64,000 nucleotides of DNA from Octopus vulgaris (taxonomy: Eukaryota), in NCBI GenBank assembly GCA_951406725.2, contig OX597832.1, positions 65,968,001 to 66,032,000 of the forward strand, written 5' to 3'. Under the pieces are notes generated by a model that was not told where the DNA came from, searched no databases, and saw only the letters and a list, made by a program, of their open reading frames with translations. The position numbers were made by a program, and so were the translations under genes. Position 1 is the first letter of the stretch. Each line of letters opens with the position of its first letter. Below, in pieces: positions 25,346 through 40,750 of this stretch.

Positions 25346-28051
25346 ATCATTTTAATTATTAATATATTTTTGCTTTCTTTCGTTGTTCTTATCTTTATCA
25401 TCAATTGTCAGAATTAAGCCTACCAAACTTTCCAGTATTGAGGCTCACTGAACTTGTAAATTCAAGAAGGCTTACTGTTCAACTCCTTACAAGGCAACAC
25501 GTTTTAAAGAGAGAAAGAACCGTAATGTCTCTATAAATTTTCAAATTGTTTGAGAAAAGTCACACCCTTTAACTTTTATAGTGATTTCAAAGGAGACTTC
25601 TTTTAACAGTCTATTTTCAGTTTTGTAGTTATTCTTCCTTTTCAATGCTGATCCCTTTGTTGTTGTTGGTAAGCTGCTAAAAGTGCTGATAGATTTGAAG
25701 ATTTGATTTGTGTCTGCCGCTTTTACAGGGTAACAGAAACGTTTGAGGTGGTCAAACCGCTGCACTCATTAGATATAATATCCTCTATTATTACCAACAT
25801 TTTTAATGTGTTTTCAATATGGAACTGATAAATAGTTACAATGTTTTCAGATGTGATTCGAAACTAAATCTCAGAGCAGGAGTCACAGTCAATTATTGAC
25901 AATATTACGACTCCAGCTTTACTAGGAAGCTGTGAATCGTCGCTTAGGTGTAACAATGACACACACAAGTACAAATTTGATTAAGTTCTCGCAAGCTATA
26001 GTGAAGAAATTTTCATGTATTTGGAAGAAGTCTGCCACTGACCAACAACGTCCCTCGTTTTTAATATGCCATATGATCTTCCTGAATCTTTCCATGTATC
26101 TTATTATCGAAGAGAAAGGTTTTGTAATATTCCTTTTGCTTTACATGTTTAAGTGGTCTTATTTCTTAACAATGGCTCATCCTGGAGACACTAAATACAT
26201 GAATTAAACAAGGCTGAACGAGACAAATAACACAATAGACATTGATATGTCAGCTGTGTGTCTAATGAGTAATGATTATAATATCATCCACTGGATGTCT
26301 AATGAATTAGGAAAGAACAACTCTATTTACATAACAACAGTCACAATATTGTATCGAAAGTTAAGAAGTTTGTACACACATTAGAATATTAAATAGATTT
26401 AAATGAATGATATAACGTAAGGGTAATTAGAAGAGTTTAATTAACATAAACACATAAAAAAAAGAATACAAAGAATGCAAATAAATGAAAATGGGAGGAT
26501 ATGGTAAAAACAACTAAAGTGATATTGATATTCTGAAGTTAGTATAAAAATAAAGCTAAGCTAAATCGCTAACTAGAAAAGTCCTTACATTATAAATGCT
26601 ACACAAAATTAAGCAGGGGAAAATATATAAAGCAAAATTCGCAACACTGCCTGGGAAAGATGTTGATCAAAGATTAGCCTGAAGGTTTCTCGTTTGTGAC
26701 AAAAAATCTAACACAACAAACGTATAATGAAGCTGAACACATTCAGTAATTGTAGAAGACGTTTATTGAGATGGTCCATGTAACATCATTGTCTCTGTTG
26801 GGCCATTTATAATCAAGAGAAAATTAGTTTAAAGACCATAGGGCGTTGGTCCGAGCATAGAATAGAAAATATACCAGCGGAAATAAGGTGATTATAACCT
26901 ACGCGAGAAATTGTACTCAGAAATTTGCAAAGGAACTCGAGTCTGGAATTTGCCAATCCACACAGTAATGGCGATGAAAATAACTTGAGTGAATAATGTT
27001 GTTAAAGACAAGTACTTCCTAATCAATGTCACTATTCATATTGGACGATAATATACAACTGAAATGAATGGGTAAATTTATCCAAATCATTAGAATTTGG
27101 AAATGAAATTCACGAGAACACAGGAAGAGCAAACAGGAGGGGATCTTTAAATGGTCAAAATACGATACAGATAAATGCATTCTCGGAAACCTCAAAAGTA
27201 TAAATATACACAATACATAGAAAATAAAGCTTTTTGATCCTGCGCTGATATCTAAATAGACTTCATTAAATGCAGCAGATTATACAAAACCGAAACTAAA
27301 TACTACACGTGCCGAAAGGATCGTTGACTTCCGCTCGGTTGATCAGTAAAACACACGCTGTAATACTAATAACAATAACAGTTGTCGTCGTCGTAGTAGT
27401 AGTAGTAGTAGTAATAATAATTATAATAATAATAATAATAATAATAATTATAATAATAATAATAATAATGATAATAATAATAATAATAATGCTGATGATG
27501 ACGATAACAGCAATAACAACAATAGTAACAATATCAATAACAATAATATCCATACTGTGAAATAATAGCAGACGTGGTAATCGTTCGTGTTGGCTATATT
27601 GGCAATCTGTGTTGACGGCCTGCTGTAAACGATAAACAACTGAAAACTCTTAGAGTTTGAAAGATTCTGTGGGGAAATTAGCATGGAATTAGATTTGGAG
27701 AAATGCACCAAAGCCACACAGACGAAAAACAATATAGATGTATATTGTTAAATAAGGAAACGAAGATAAGAGAATTAGACCAACGACAGACCTTACTGAT
27801 GATTAAGAAATTAATGAACGAGACAGAGTACAACTGAAGCTAAGTCAATTAGCAAGACTAGAAAGAAAATAGTATAAGAAAATAATGACGTCATTTAAAA
27901 TGCACAACCTATAAGCCAAGTGAGGGCGATTAGATTATCCGTATCAAGAAAGCCGGAAGGTAGGGTTCTCTCCCTCTCTCTCCTATCCTATCTCTCTATC
28001 ATACACACACACATCCTCTCCCTCTCCCTCCATCTTAATGTATTATATATA

Positions 28052-28088
<37 letters not shown>

Positions 28089-29809
28089 GTGTGTGTGTGT
28101 GTGTATATGTACATACACACACACATATATATAAGCATGTATACATATATATACATACACATATATATATTTATGTATGTATATAATTATTGTAAAATTA
28201 TAATAATAGAAACGAATGCTAAACACAGAAAGCGATACGCGAATAATGTTGAAAACAATGCTGTTTCACGGAAGCTAGTTCAAACTACAAGGTAAACTAA
28301 AACTGTTCGTGGAAAGTTTGAAGAAATGTATTAAAGAAAAGAACTGAATTTAAGATATAAATTACAGTTTAATGCCACTCGAAGAAGAGCCCATACTCTA
28401 CTACCCTGAGAATGACGGTATCTAATGGATAATAACACTGTAGAAACTATGAGTTCCAGGTTTCAAAGCTGTGATGGAGTAACTCCATATTATGGCGTCA
28501 GATTACAGCTTTTTCATCAGGAATGAAAGGAAAGTAAATATTAGTTTACAGTATGAAAACGGTGATGGATGAGAAAAATGAATTTGTTATATTGTTTTTA
28601 TTTACCCAGGTTTAGGAAGCATAAAGTGTATGAAAAGAAAAAAATTAGTGATTGAATACAATACCAACTTTGGTAGAATAACGTGTTATATACAATATTT
28701 TAGCGGAACAAATGTACATAAGGAAACGATTCATACGATTCAACTTTTTTCGTCCAAAGGTATATGACTATAGACAGAAATATGTTATTAAATTTGGCGT
28801 TAGCATCATTCAAAACCGCCAGGAAAATATCACGATAGCATTACGTAGAGACATAAATGCTGGGCTGGCAGTGTGGGAAGAAACTTACTTTCCAGCCATG
28901 GTTTTGGGTATAGTCAAAATGTCGGGATTCTTAGGCAAATATCTTCTGCTATAATTTCGTACGAACGAAAGCCAGACGTGGGGGCAGATTTGGTAGTAAT
29001 AAAAAGTGAAAGCAGCCCGTTGGATGTATATATATATATATATATATATATAAACATATGTATGTGTATGTGTGTGTGTCTTTGTGTGTGTGTGTGAGTG
29101 AGTGTTTGTACTTCTTTATGCATTTCTGTGTGTTACCTACCACCGTTTGACAATAGGTACTGGATTCTTTAAACCCGCGTAACTTTAGCTGATAGGCATA
29201 CAGTTCGATAAAATAAGAACTTCTTGGGGTGATTTGCCCGAATAAGCATCCAAGCCAGTGCTGCATTATTGCCACATTACAAATATTAAACTAGTAAACA
29301 TAAAAAAAGGTGAAAGGACTACGTAAGTGCATCTATTCGTGGGTCCAGATATATTTGAATCACCTATAGTACAAGATTTGAACTTATTTTATGGATATTT
29401 AAAAAATGAAGGCATGGCAAATAACATCGCTGCATAGACCTACGGCAATAGCTCTATGCTCGGGTGTATTTAAATGCAATATCTTCAGCGTTTACATAAC
29501 ATGGATATGTTTGAGTAGAGGAAGATGTGAGTTCTTTCTAGCATGATTACACTCTATAAATAAAATGCATTGCTGGATTAAATTTTTCAGTTGCGACATC
29601 GTTAAGCAAAACGAACCGACCTAAATGAACAACGTCCCAATCGCTATCCTTGACCATTTTTTTATAGATAGGCGCGGTCTGAATTCGATTCAGAACACTA
29701 CAGGACGAAGGCTTGAGATTATTCTCTCCTGGAGGTCGTGTACTAAAAGCTTGTGGTCATACTCCTTTGATGAGCCTACTTCTTGATACTGGATCCTTAT
29801 GTTTTGGAG

Positions 29810-30000
29810 GGGTGATGCAGTTTTTATTACTCATACTAAGGAAGAGTTGAGCATTATATCGACACCAGTGCTCAGCTGATAGGTTTTTTATCGACCCCGA
29901 TAGGATAAAAGTCTAATCGATGGAATTTGAACACATAACGTAAAAAAGCGGAGAAATGCCTTTGAGCATTTTGCCCAGCTTGCTAAAAATTCTGCCAGTT
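29810..30000 (-). mobile_element. SINE family A, diverged
   Basis: tttatcgaccccgataggataaaa..ggaatttgaacacataacgtaaa..gcattttgcccagcttgctaa..tctgccag. Confidence 0.65.
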
Positions 30001-31316
30001 CATTGCGTAATATTTAATACCCACTTCTGAGATTTAATACAGTGTAATGAAACAATTATTTTTAGCATGTCGAACAACCACGTACAGGTTAAATTGGTTG
30101 GACCTTGTATAAAAGTTATAAGAGTAGTTGTATGTTTACCATACAGCAATAAGTTTACAAAATAGTTTTCTATGTCTGTGTGTTTTAAAATTACCGAAAG
30201 ATAAAAGGACACGCGTTTCGCCATTCCCTTCATTATGTTATAACTGGTAAAAACCATTAAACTCAAGCTGAGAGCTTAACGACACCGCGGAATCCATAAG
30301 ATGTTGCACAAAAGAGCAATACTATGTAAACCGCTTGGCAGAAAAAGCTGTGAACTAAAGCATCCGACTGCCTGCTTTCTATGTCATTCATTAATTGATA
30401 TTGTATTCTGTAGTCTTCTGACGTTTTACTCTAAAGCATTAATATATGAAATTCTAAGAAATGGTACCACAATAACAAAGCTAAATTACCCACCCAAATA
30501 CACACACATTCACATATACTCATACATAAAAACTAGGTTGATTACCAATACACTGCCAATAGTCGTACCATTTCTCTTCATCTCAAATCTATACTTCAAT
30601 AATTTTTACAGCTTTTGAGAAGTACATTATGACCATCAAGTCATATTTTTCAACCAATTGACAAAATTTAGAAACTTTGAGTTAGCTAAGAAGGAAGTCA
30701 TTACTAAAACTAATCAACTCCATTACGATGTTTGAATTAGATATTGCCGAGCCCGAACGGAACAAAAAATAAAGAAAAAATGAGAGAAAAAAATAAAGGT
30801 AAATAAATATATAGATACGTAAAAGTACAATAAAATGAAATAGCAATGCTGAATGTCAAGTGGTGGTTAATATAGAGAAAAATGTAATTCTTTTCTGTTA
30901 CCTCAAATTGCTTGAACATTTGAAAATATATGTAGATAGATATTTTTAGAAATACTGTTGTATGTTTTCTTTTTGTCTAATTTTCTTATTCTTCAGACAG
31001 AATACAAATAAGTGTATTGCTGTACCTGAATTATCAAATATGACTGTTATTGAAGTTAATAATTTGATATTATGAATAAGGAATATAGAAACTAAACGAA
31101 AAAAGAATGTTTCCTCCATATTTCTCTGATCGAAGGGACACACGCACACATATATAAGCACACACACACACAGACACATATACACACATACAAATATATC
31201 TGTATCACTGTATACATATTTACGTACGTGTGTGTGTCTGTATATTAATATACATACCATCACAAATACATATATGCACATGTACGTAGACAAAGGTAAG
31301 TAAAAGAAAAAGTGTT

Positions 31317-31371
<55 letters not shown>

Positions 31372-32073
31372 CATATATATGTATGTATATATACATATAT
31401 ATATGTATATACACATATATGTTCATATATGTATATGCATTTATATGTGTACATATCTATATATGCATGTATATTTGTCTGTATGTGTGAGTGTGTATGT
31501 GTGTTTGTGTATGTATATACATACATATTTATGTTTGAACGATCGTTGGTGTAAGAACAATTTTACAAAGAATAATTATATTTTACATTATACACACTCT
31601 AAAATCTTACAGTTTGGAAATGTAAAACAAAGAGATGTATGCATGCATATAAATGTAAATATATATATACATATATTTAGATGTATATATATATATTTAC
31701 CTTAATATATATATAGATACACACACATATATCTACACACACATTCATACATATAATTGCATACTCATACGTACGTAAGTGCGCATACATGTGTATGTGA
31801 GATATACGGAAAGTGTGTCTCCAATAATGTGTACATTGGTGCGCATATATAAACAATTCCCATAAGCTTCTACCAGACATTGATTGTGTATATGTGCGTG
31901 CCTATATTTCTCATTCACTATGCCCATACAAATTACACATTTCTTTTACGATATTATGCAAATATTTATAGCTGTTCAAGCGGATATTGATATTCATATT
32001 CATTCATTAAAACACACACACACACAAATACACACACACATATATATATATATATATACATATTTATATAGTA

Positions 32074-32104
<31 letters not shown>

Positions 32105-32120
32105 ATACAGCCCTATAGAC

Positions 32121-32173
<53 letters not shown>

Positions 32174-32521
32174 TATAGTCGAATATACAAGCATACATTC
32201 GCATGTATATATGTATGTATACACATATACACATGTATATATTTAAATGTACCTACGCATAAACACACATACACACGCACACACACACTTATATATATCT
32301 TCTTATGCATTCGCAAAGTCACAATCACTGTTAGGTGTATGCATATACGTGTGTGCAACATAAATATTGGTATATATTGATACTTCACAGATACATTCAC
32401 GTAGACACACGTAAATATATGCATAGTAATCTGTTTATAAACGTAAACGCATACACATACTTATATACAAATATATATAATCGCTTATATGTGTCTATGT
32501 ATATGTGCGAGCATGGGTGCA

Positions 32522-32569
<48 letters not shown>

Positions 32570-32824
32570 TGTATGTATGTATGTATGTATATATTATATA
32601 TGTATATGTGTATGTATGTATTCATGTATGTATACTGTGAAATTTTGAGGAAGACAATCTCAATAATTTGATAGATTTGTAGATGGATATAGATTGTACA
32701 CATATTTCTATCTACTTATCTTGAAGTACAAAGCAACCAACATTTATGCATGCATATCTATCTATGTATGTATGTGTATATTTATCTATCTCTTTCTCTC
32801 TCTTTCTCTCTCTATCTATCTATC

Positions 32825-32857
<33 letters not shown>

Positions 32858-34104
32858 ATGTATATGTATACATACACACACACACACACACACACATATA
32901 TATGTATTAGAATATCAGATTATTTTTTAGTAAGTAGTGTCTGATTATATTCACACGGTATTCTTTTATAAATGGAATTGCTTTTCATATTTCCATATAT
33001 TTTATCTGCATATTAATATGATATTTTATATTTCATACACTTAAATTATGAACTAGACAACATAAAATGCAATTTGGGTAAGAAGAAAAAAATCACTTTT
33101 CCACTCGTTTATTTTTAACGAATTAATGCACACAAGAGTGTTAGAGGAGGTTGTGCGGTTTAAATCGTAAAATGATGTAAAGCAGAGACTTCAAATTTTA
33201 TATTCTTGAGTTGAGATTTTTGGTTTCATGAAACTATTGCATTTTGAGAACTTTCCGTCCTTTCACATTTACTGGTTTTCTGTGAATTAACACACGATAG
33301 GTTTCATAAAGACTCCTGATATATTTGTTGAGTGTTATACATATGTTAAAGGTCCTTTAATATAATATACACGCATGATTATAATCGAATGATCGTAACT
33401 GTATTTCATAAAAGTTTCGAAAATGGAAGAAAATCAAAACAATCTCTGAGTAACACTTCGAGTTTTTGAAAACCATCGAGCTTGTTTTTATCAACTTATA
33501 TTTGAAGAATTTTTTTCTCATTTCAGAAAATGGGTGCTCGCATGACTGTGTAATAAGATGATCCACTGTTCAGCATATTGGGAAAATCTGCTGCTGGAAA
33601 TTCCATTAAGTGGATTCCAGTGCCGTAAGCCTGAACTAGAATGTTTTTTATCCTCACATAGAAAGTTTCCATTTGCTTTTGGGTACCCCTTCCTAGATGG
33701 TAATATAAGAGTAACTGTTCTGCAGAACGATAAACTTTGCCAAAGACAAAAATAAATTACCCAAAACATCAACCGAAATTTGACCCTTTCCTTTAGAAAC
33801 ACACAAATGTATATATTTATACTAAAAGGAAACATTCATACAGTAAGAGATTTGGAATTTCGATCTCCGATCACGCTAAGCAAAAGAAGAGACCCCGTGC
33901 GCTTCGACTGAAATTGCGAAAAGAAGACATGTTTGTTTTTTTCCATCTTTTTCTCTTTCTTCTACCCATACCTTTTTAAAATAATATCTCAATTCGACTA
34001 AACTTTCAATAAAGTATATCTGTTATGGTCTTCATGGAACATTTACACCTATTTTTTTTATCATGTGTTGGAATGCACTTCTTCTTTTCATATACATGTA
34101 TATC

Positions 34105-34109
34105 TATAC

Positions 34110-34173
<64 letters not shown>

Positions 34174-34302
34174 TTATCTATCTATCTACCTATATATGTA
34201 TGTATCTATCTATCTACCTATGTGTGTATGTATGTATCTATCTATATCTATATCTATATCTATATATCTATCTATCTATCTATATATCTATCTATCTATC
34301 TA

Positions 34303-34351
<49 letters not shown>

Positions 34352-34355
34352 GTAT
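34105..34355. repeat. (TATC)n/(TC)n/(TA)n compound microsatellite
   Basis: Direct reading. Confidence 0.95.
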
Positions 34356-34929
34356 ATATTTTTAAGTTGACCTGTATTCGTTCTTTAATTTGGAGTTTTC
34401 CAAAAACGCTTTCTAATATAGATTCTTCATATTTTGCTGGTAGCTTACTGGCGTAGGTTTGCGAATATGAAAGTAATATTTATATATGGTGTGTTGTGAA
34501 TTTGTGGAAAGGAATCCCATAATATTCAACACATGATTTCACTGGAATCTTGCAATTCAAATTCATAACTATGGGTGTATAGGATCTATGATTGCCAGCT
34601 CTAATAGAAGAAAAATTAATAAATATAAAACAGCTTTAGTAATAATAGCAATAGCAATTCTAATAATGAAATAAATCGTAGCACTAGCACTATAGATAAT
34701 GCTCAAAGTACTAGAACACATAGCAATGATGTCAATAGAACAAAATCCCAACAAAATTCTAACAACCATATATCTGAAAATATACAATATGCCTTAGGTA
34801 ATACAATACCACAAATTAAGAGTAATACTAATTCACAAATATTAAATTTATCAAACACCAAGATAGATAAGACTACAGCAAATTCAATGATAACATTAAG
34901 CACCGTATGAAATAATCATAATAGTATTA

Positions 34930-36180
34930 AATATTTTACTTCTGAACAGAAATATAAAAATAAAAATTGCTCATATAAAACTAAAGAATCATGTCTTTTA
35001 GAAGGTAAATGTAGAAGATTCAACGTGATATACAAGTACATAGGTACATTAACAGATAGTTTAAGTAATATGGTATTCATAGGGAGTTCTGTGAATTTTA
35101 AGCAATGTTTAGCACGCGTGCATTCCTTTAAACCTTTAAACGATATTACCTCCTCTATTACTGAGCACATTCCCCAAAATTCACCTAATTGTAATTGCCG
35201 TCCTGGAACAACCTGCGCGTTACAAACCCACTGCAGAAAATACAGTGTAATTTACAAATACACTGTCATTAATCTATTACACAAATCTACAGCCATATAC
35301 ATTGGATCAACCAAATGTTTTTAAGCAACGATATGCCACTCACCTCCATTCTTTTAGATACGATAAACATAGTAAATCTAGAACACTTGCCAACCACATA
35401 CATCATCTCAAAAATAAAAATATACTCTATACTCTATCATGGTCCATACTAGACTCTGGGCTTCCCTACCGAGGTCAACATTCAACCGGCAAACTTTGCC
35501 TGAAGGAGGCACTTCACATATTAAACCTCAACTCTCCAGCACTGTTAAATAAACATAATGAGGCACTTACCACATGCAACCACCGTTGTTTTCACACATT
35601 CAAATTCTATCACAAATCCAAATATCTAAACGACCATAGAATACATTTCCACAATATCCATTAGGTAATCCCAATAACCTTATAAATCTATATTTTAACT
35701 CCTAATCCCTATCTAATCCCTCACTTATACTCGAATATCACAACCATCTAATTATATTCATGTGTATGTGCATGCATGGATATGTACGTGCATATGCATG
35801 TGTGTGTATGCGTGTGTGTATCTATGTATGTGTGTATATGTGAATGTACGTATGCCTGCAAGGTATATCTCATATCTAATTTCATTCCTCCGCCTCACTT
35901 TCTATTTCGTATCTTACCTAAATGAACTATTACTTAACCATCTCCGATGAAGGGATATAATGAATATCCTAGAAACAACTGTAAGACTTTCTATTTATAA
36001 ATGTTCTAAAATCTACACAGCCTTAGTTTTTATCTCATTACAGAAAATAATTTATTTCACACACATGCTGATATATCACCTAAGTTGGACCACTTATTCG
36101 TATAATCACTGAACCTGGAACTTAACTATGGTCTATCCATAGCACTTATTCAACATTACCTGACACCACTACCTCTCATA
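34930..36180 (+). mobile_element. Decayed PLE 3' ends: two tandem GIY-YIG remnants and a pseudo-LTR
   Basis: NCSYKTKESCLLEGKC..VIYKY..FIGSS (~34960-35130), then NCNCRPGTTCALQTHC..VIYKY..YIGST, KQRYATHLHSF..KLCLKEALHIL..LLNKHNE..CNH (35185-35664); hammerhead at 35941. Confidence 0.8.
35941..35986 (+). ncRNA. Hammerhead motif, CCGAUGA core (family H4)
   Basis: UCU-CCGAUGA-A-GGGAUAU(AAUGA)AUAUCCU-A-GAAA-CAACUG-UA-AGA. Confidence 0.65.
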
Positions 36181-36289
36181 ACCTATATATATATATGTGT
36201 GTGTTATAACGAGGTTATAGTAGAAACACTTGCTCAACGAGTCACACACACACACACATACACATGCGCGCGCGCGTGTGTGTGTGAGT

Positions 36290-36712
<423 letters not shown>

Positions 36713-37889
36713 AATCCTAAATTAACAGGAATGTTGTTTCCTCTTAATATGAAAACGGTAATACCTGTGTTTACCGCAATAAATCAAATGATGAGCATAA
36801 ATCAAGTATGGACTATATGTAGAATTTATGATTTTCTGCTTTGATGATGCATAAGTATATATACAGAAATATGTGTACACATAAATACGGCAGCTTAAAA
36901 AAAAATTTATGCGCACGAATGTCAAATTAATCAACTTTCACAGTTCAACGCTTACAATTTAACACGTTCTTGACAATATATTATTTAAGGCTTCAAGTAC
37001 GACTCTAACTTTTGCTATATAATCAATGCCGAATATATCAAGAGGTGCCATTATATTGAAATTAAACTTCATTTGTATAGTAAATATGTAACAAACATAC
37101 ATACATTGGTCACCTATTAACTACGGCAATTTATCGGGAGACCACACTTTCTCTGAGAACCACGGGAAAAGCAATGACGAGACGTTCTTTTGAACATCTA
37201 CCTATCATAAAGTATAACATATTGAAATGTCAATAAACAAAATAGAAACACATTCATAAATTTCAAAAATGCCCACCGGAATAGCTATCAGAAACAGACA
37301 GAAGAATCGAAAAATATTCCGCAAAGCAGTAAAACATATATAGCCTAAATTATGTAAATGTAATAATCAATAAGATAAAAACCAGAGACAACCGTAAACA
37401 TAACCAATGCACATGACAGAAACAAAGTCGTCACGAAGCAGCTAAACAAGGTGTAACAAATAAAATAAACAAGTTTAGTGTAGAAAATTGGCAAATATTT
37501 CTTTCCAAGATTCTCCATAGGGAACTCAAACATTATAGACAATAATTAGGAACGTACTTAATTCTGTAACCGGCCTCGCAATATCAAACTTGACTATAAC
37601 AACACCAAATTACAAACTACTCTGCTAGTAATATGTAAAGGCATTCATAAAGTAATTTTCAACCAGTAACAAAGCTTTCTTAAACAGCTGCTGTAATGTA
37701 CTGGACAAACCAGCTGGAAGCTTAATACTTTGAGAAATTTGTTCTGCCCACTTCCTTTAGCTGCAAATAGCAGAGAACATTTATCCAATTGTTAAGCTTG
37801 GTGGAAAAGGTTATATGGTAGCCGCGACTGAAATATCTGAAGACCTGAAAACAGTTGTTATTGTTCTGTTTAATTATGTACTTGAGTTA

Positions 37890-38600
37890 GATACATGAGT
37901 TAGGTGGAGTAGATATAGGGAAATGGAGAAAACGACATGTAGTTAAAAAACAGGAAAAAGAATCAGGATTATATGACTGGCAGAAGAAGGCTTTGGATAG
38001 TAGATTTCCAAAGAGAGTTTCAGAAAAAATAATAGTGAAACATGTTGCAGAAAAGAATGCTGAAAAGGAGGCCGAAAGTTGCTTGTTACAGCACAAAATC
38101 AAGCATTGAGGATTAAGTAGATAAAAGCCAAGACAGGCAAAAATGAGGTAGATTCCCAATGTAGGCTATGTAAATCAAAGGGGGTAAGTGTTATTCATAT
38201 TATAAATGAATGTAACATTGTGGTACAGAACGAATACAACAAAAGACAACCACCTATGGTGAATAATCCACTGGGAGTTATGTAGGGAGCTAGAATTTGA
38301 CCGTGCTTTTAAGTTGTATGAACATGAACATTGTAAAATGATAGAAATACGATAGAAGCTGTCTAACTTTCAAAAGTCTGATTTAGTAATCGTAGACGAA
38401 GAGAATAGATTGTGCCAGATAATTCACTTTACAATCCCAAATGAGGAGTGCTTCAACATGAGAGTAAAGAAAAATTAGCAATGTACCAGAGGCTACGGAT
38501 AATTTGATCGCTGGAAAACACAAACACTAGAAACATATTTCTGGAGATCTCCGCAGAGATATTTGAATACATAGGGTATGTTAAGCTATTGTCAAAATTA
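37890..38600 (+). mobile_element. R4/Dong-type LINE, old 3' remnant
   Basis: DWQKKAL, AQNQALR, zinc knuckle CRLCKSKGVSVIHIINEC, IHWELC and RLE-like KSDLVIVDEENRLCQIIHFTIP. Confidence 0.8.
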
Positions 38601-38951
38601 TATATTTATGCAATTTTAAACTCTCGTTTTAGAAAACAATTTCTTTAGAGAACGTTGCATGTTTGATATTTCACCGATTTTTATAGCAATAATAATTATC
38701 ATGTTCATCTTTTCATATTGCTGTTGTTACAGCTAATAATCTTGCATTAAATTTTTCTGGCTACTCTTGATGTCGATATCTGTTATTTATTGATATTTGA
38801 AGTTTTTTTCTCGATATTCTTCTTTCTGTTGCTCCTTATATGCATGTTTACGCATATCTGCATCTATCTATCATCAGTTTATCTATCTATCTATCTATCT
38901 ATTTATCTATCTATATATCCACTTGAATCGGTATATGTGCGTTTATATGTA

Positions 38952-39027
<76 letters not shown>

Positions 39028-40171
39028 TATGAGGCATATTCGCAAAAGTGTACGATTTATCAACTGGCAACACCTAACTTTTCATTTTCCTATTGATTTA
39101 AGGAATTGAAAAATGATGAAGGCACACAGATTAAGCTTCAAAAATAGAAAATATGCAGCAAATGGCAGCTGGAAGAATTTATATGTAATAGAAGTGCAAA
39201 GACCGTTTAGGGGAGAGTTCCAAGGGATGCCCTTAAATGACTTACTGCCACTAGAATCAGAAATGGGTGGTTTCAAGCACGTAAAACCGTTGTGAATGTC
39301 CACAAGAAAATCTCCAAACAAGCGTGGATATCGACGCGCCTCAGAAATAATTAAGTACGAAAATTATTTTCAGAGTTGAAGAAAACTTGTTCAAGTCATA
39401 AGAAGGATATTCGTTATGCTCACAAATACCAACCAAAATATTCTGTGATGTTTGCGATTCCATTTCTTAGCAGAACGGTCATCATATTAGAAATTGAAGC
39501 TCATAAAATGATTAAATTCTGTCTGCATACCCTCTTGAATTTTGAAGATGAAATGTATTTTAATATACATCGAAGTTATAATAATAATAATATTAATGAT
39601 GATGATGATGATGATGATTTTATTTGCCACCGAGTTAAAGATGCAGTACCAGGCACTGGCTCTCATATCTTCTGATCTTAAATGATTTAAAGTGTTATCA
39701 TGTACATATTCTGTCTTGGTACAGTAAATATTCTTCTCAATATAAAAGATTTGCTTGTCAGCTGCATGACCATAGCCAGTTTAGCATAGCCCTAAGTGGC
39801 TGACGATATGTGCATCTCTGACCACGAGCAGAAATAATGGGGAGCATCATAGTCATAAGTTGAGAGAAATTCTTTGGAATTTCAATAATGCAACTCAGGA
39901 AACTGGTGTTTGTTGAACATTCTTAAACAATCTTTATACAGGGGCTTTTTTAAGCTGGCTGCGCAGCTCGACTTAATGAAAGTTCTAACTGGACCCCACC
40001 TGGAATGTCATGCGCTGTGTATCTTGATATAAGATCACTACATCACGCACACATGATTGTGAAGCATGTGCCTGGTTTATCCTTATTAGACGGGTTATCA
40101 TGATGAATATACTAAGCTTCGTATATTTTAAACTGTCACTTTGATGGCATGCACTGCTCTGTCACTCACTC

Positions 40172-40251
<80 letters not shown>

Positions 40252-40260
40252 GAAGAAGAA

Positions 40261-40327
<67 letters not shown>
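40172..40327. repeat. (TAA)n microsatellite
   Basis: Direct reading. Confidence 0.97.
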
Positions 40328-40328
<1 letters not shown>

Positions 40329-40330
40329 TG

Positions 40331-40510
40331 ATCCAGTGTGATCACACAGGCATCGGAAACCGGACATTTTTGTGTTGAAAAAAGGAGAAAAAACATGTAT
40401 GATAACCGACATAGCATGACCCGGTGACAGCAGGATCAACGTGAAAGAAGAAGAAAAAAGAAACAACTATGACGATTTGAAGTAAGAAATATTAACGTTA
40501 AGGTCAATAT
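40331..40510 (+). mobile_element. R4/Dong-type RLE fragment
   Basis: IQCDH..HRKPDIFV..TCMITDIA*PGDSRINVKEEEKRNNYDDLK*EI (frameshifted); starts directly after (TAA)n. Confidence 0.75.
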
Positions 40511-40591
40511 ATATATCATTTCAATATGTGACTTCGTATGTATCGTTGGCGATTTTCTTTCTCCGTCTTACCTTCTTTGGTCTTTCTCTAT

Positions 40592-40626
40592 ATTTCTGAC
40601 GAAGAGCTCCGCACGAAACGTGAAAT
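40592..40626 (+). ncRNA. Degenerate minimal hammerhead (family H5) in a short PLE-like end (~40540-40715)
   Basis: AUUU-CUGACGA-A-GAGC(UCC)GCAC-GAAA-CG-UG-AAAU; G at the cleavage position and one helix II mismatch. Confidence 0.55.
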
Positions 40627-40716
40627 CTCCCTTCTTTCTTTCCTTTCTTGAGCGTCAAATAATACTATACTTATTCCACGTCTTCGCGTTGTTGTGCTTT
40701 CTCTTTGTTCATATTT

Positions 40717-40750
<34 letters not shown>

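Noticed and set aside
26840-26960. Tigger/pogo HTH-like words (W..R..NIP, KFAKEL)
   Set aside because: Too short and frame-broken, with no TIRs or catalytic motifs seen
27790-27825. ctgatga-ttaa-gaaa-ttaatg as a hammerhead
   Set aside because: No helix I partner, no real helix II, and G at the cleavage site
39620-40170. Probable interspersed repeat between (GAT)n and (TAA)n tracts
   Set aside because: Single copy in this window with no classifiable motif, so I cannot support a call
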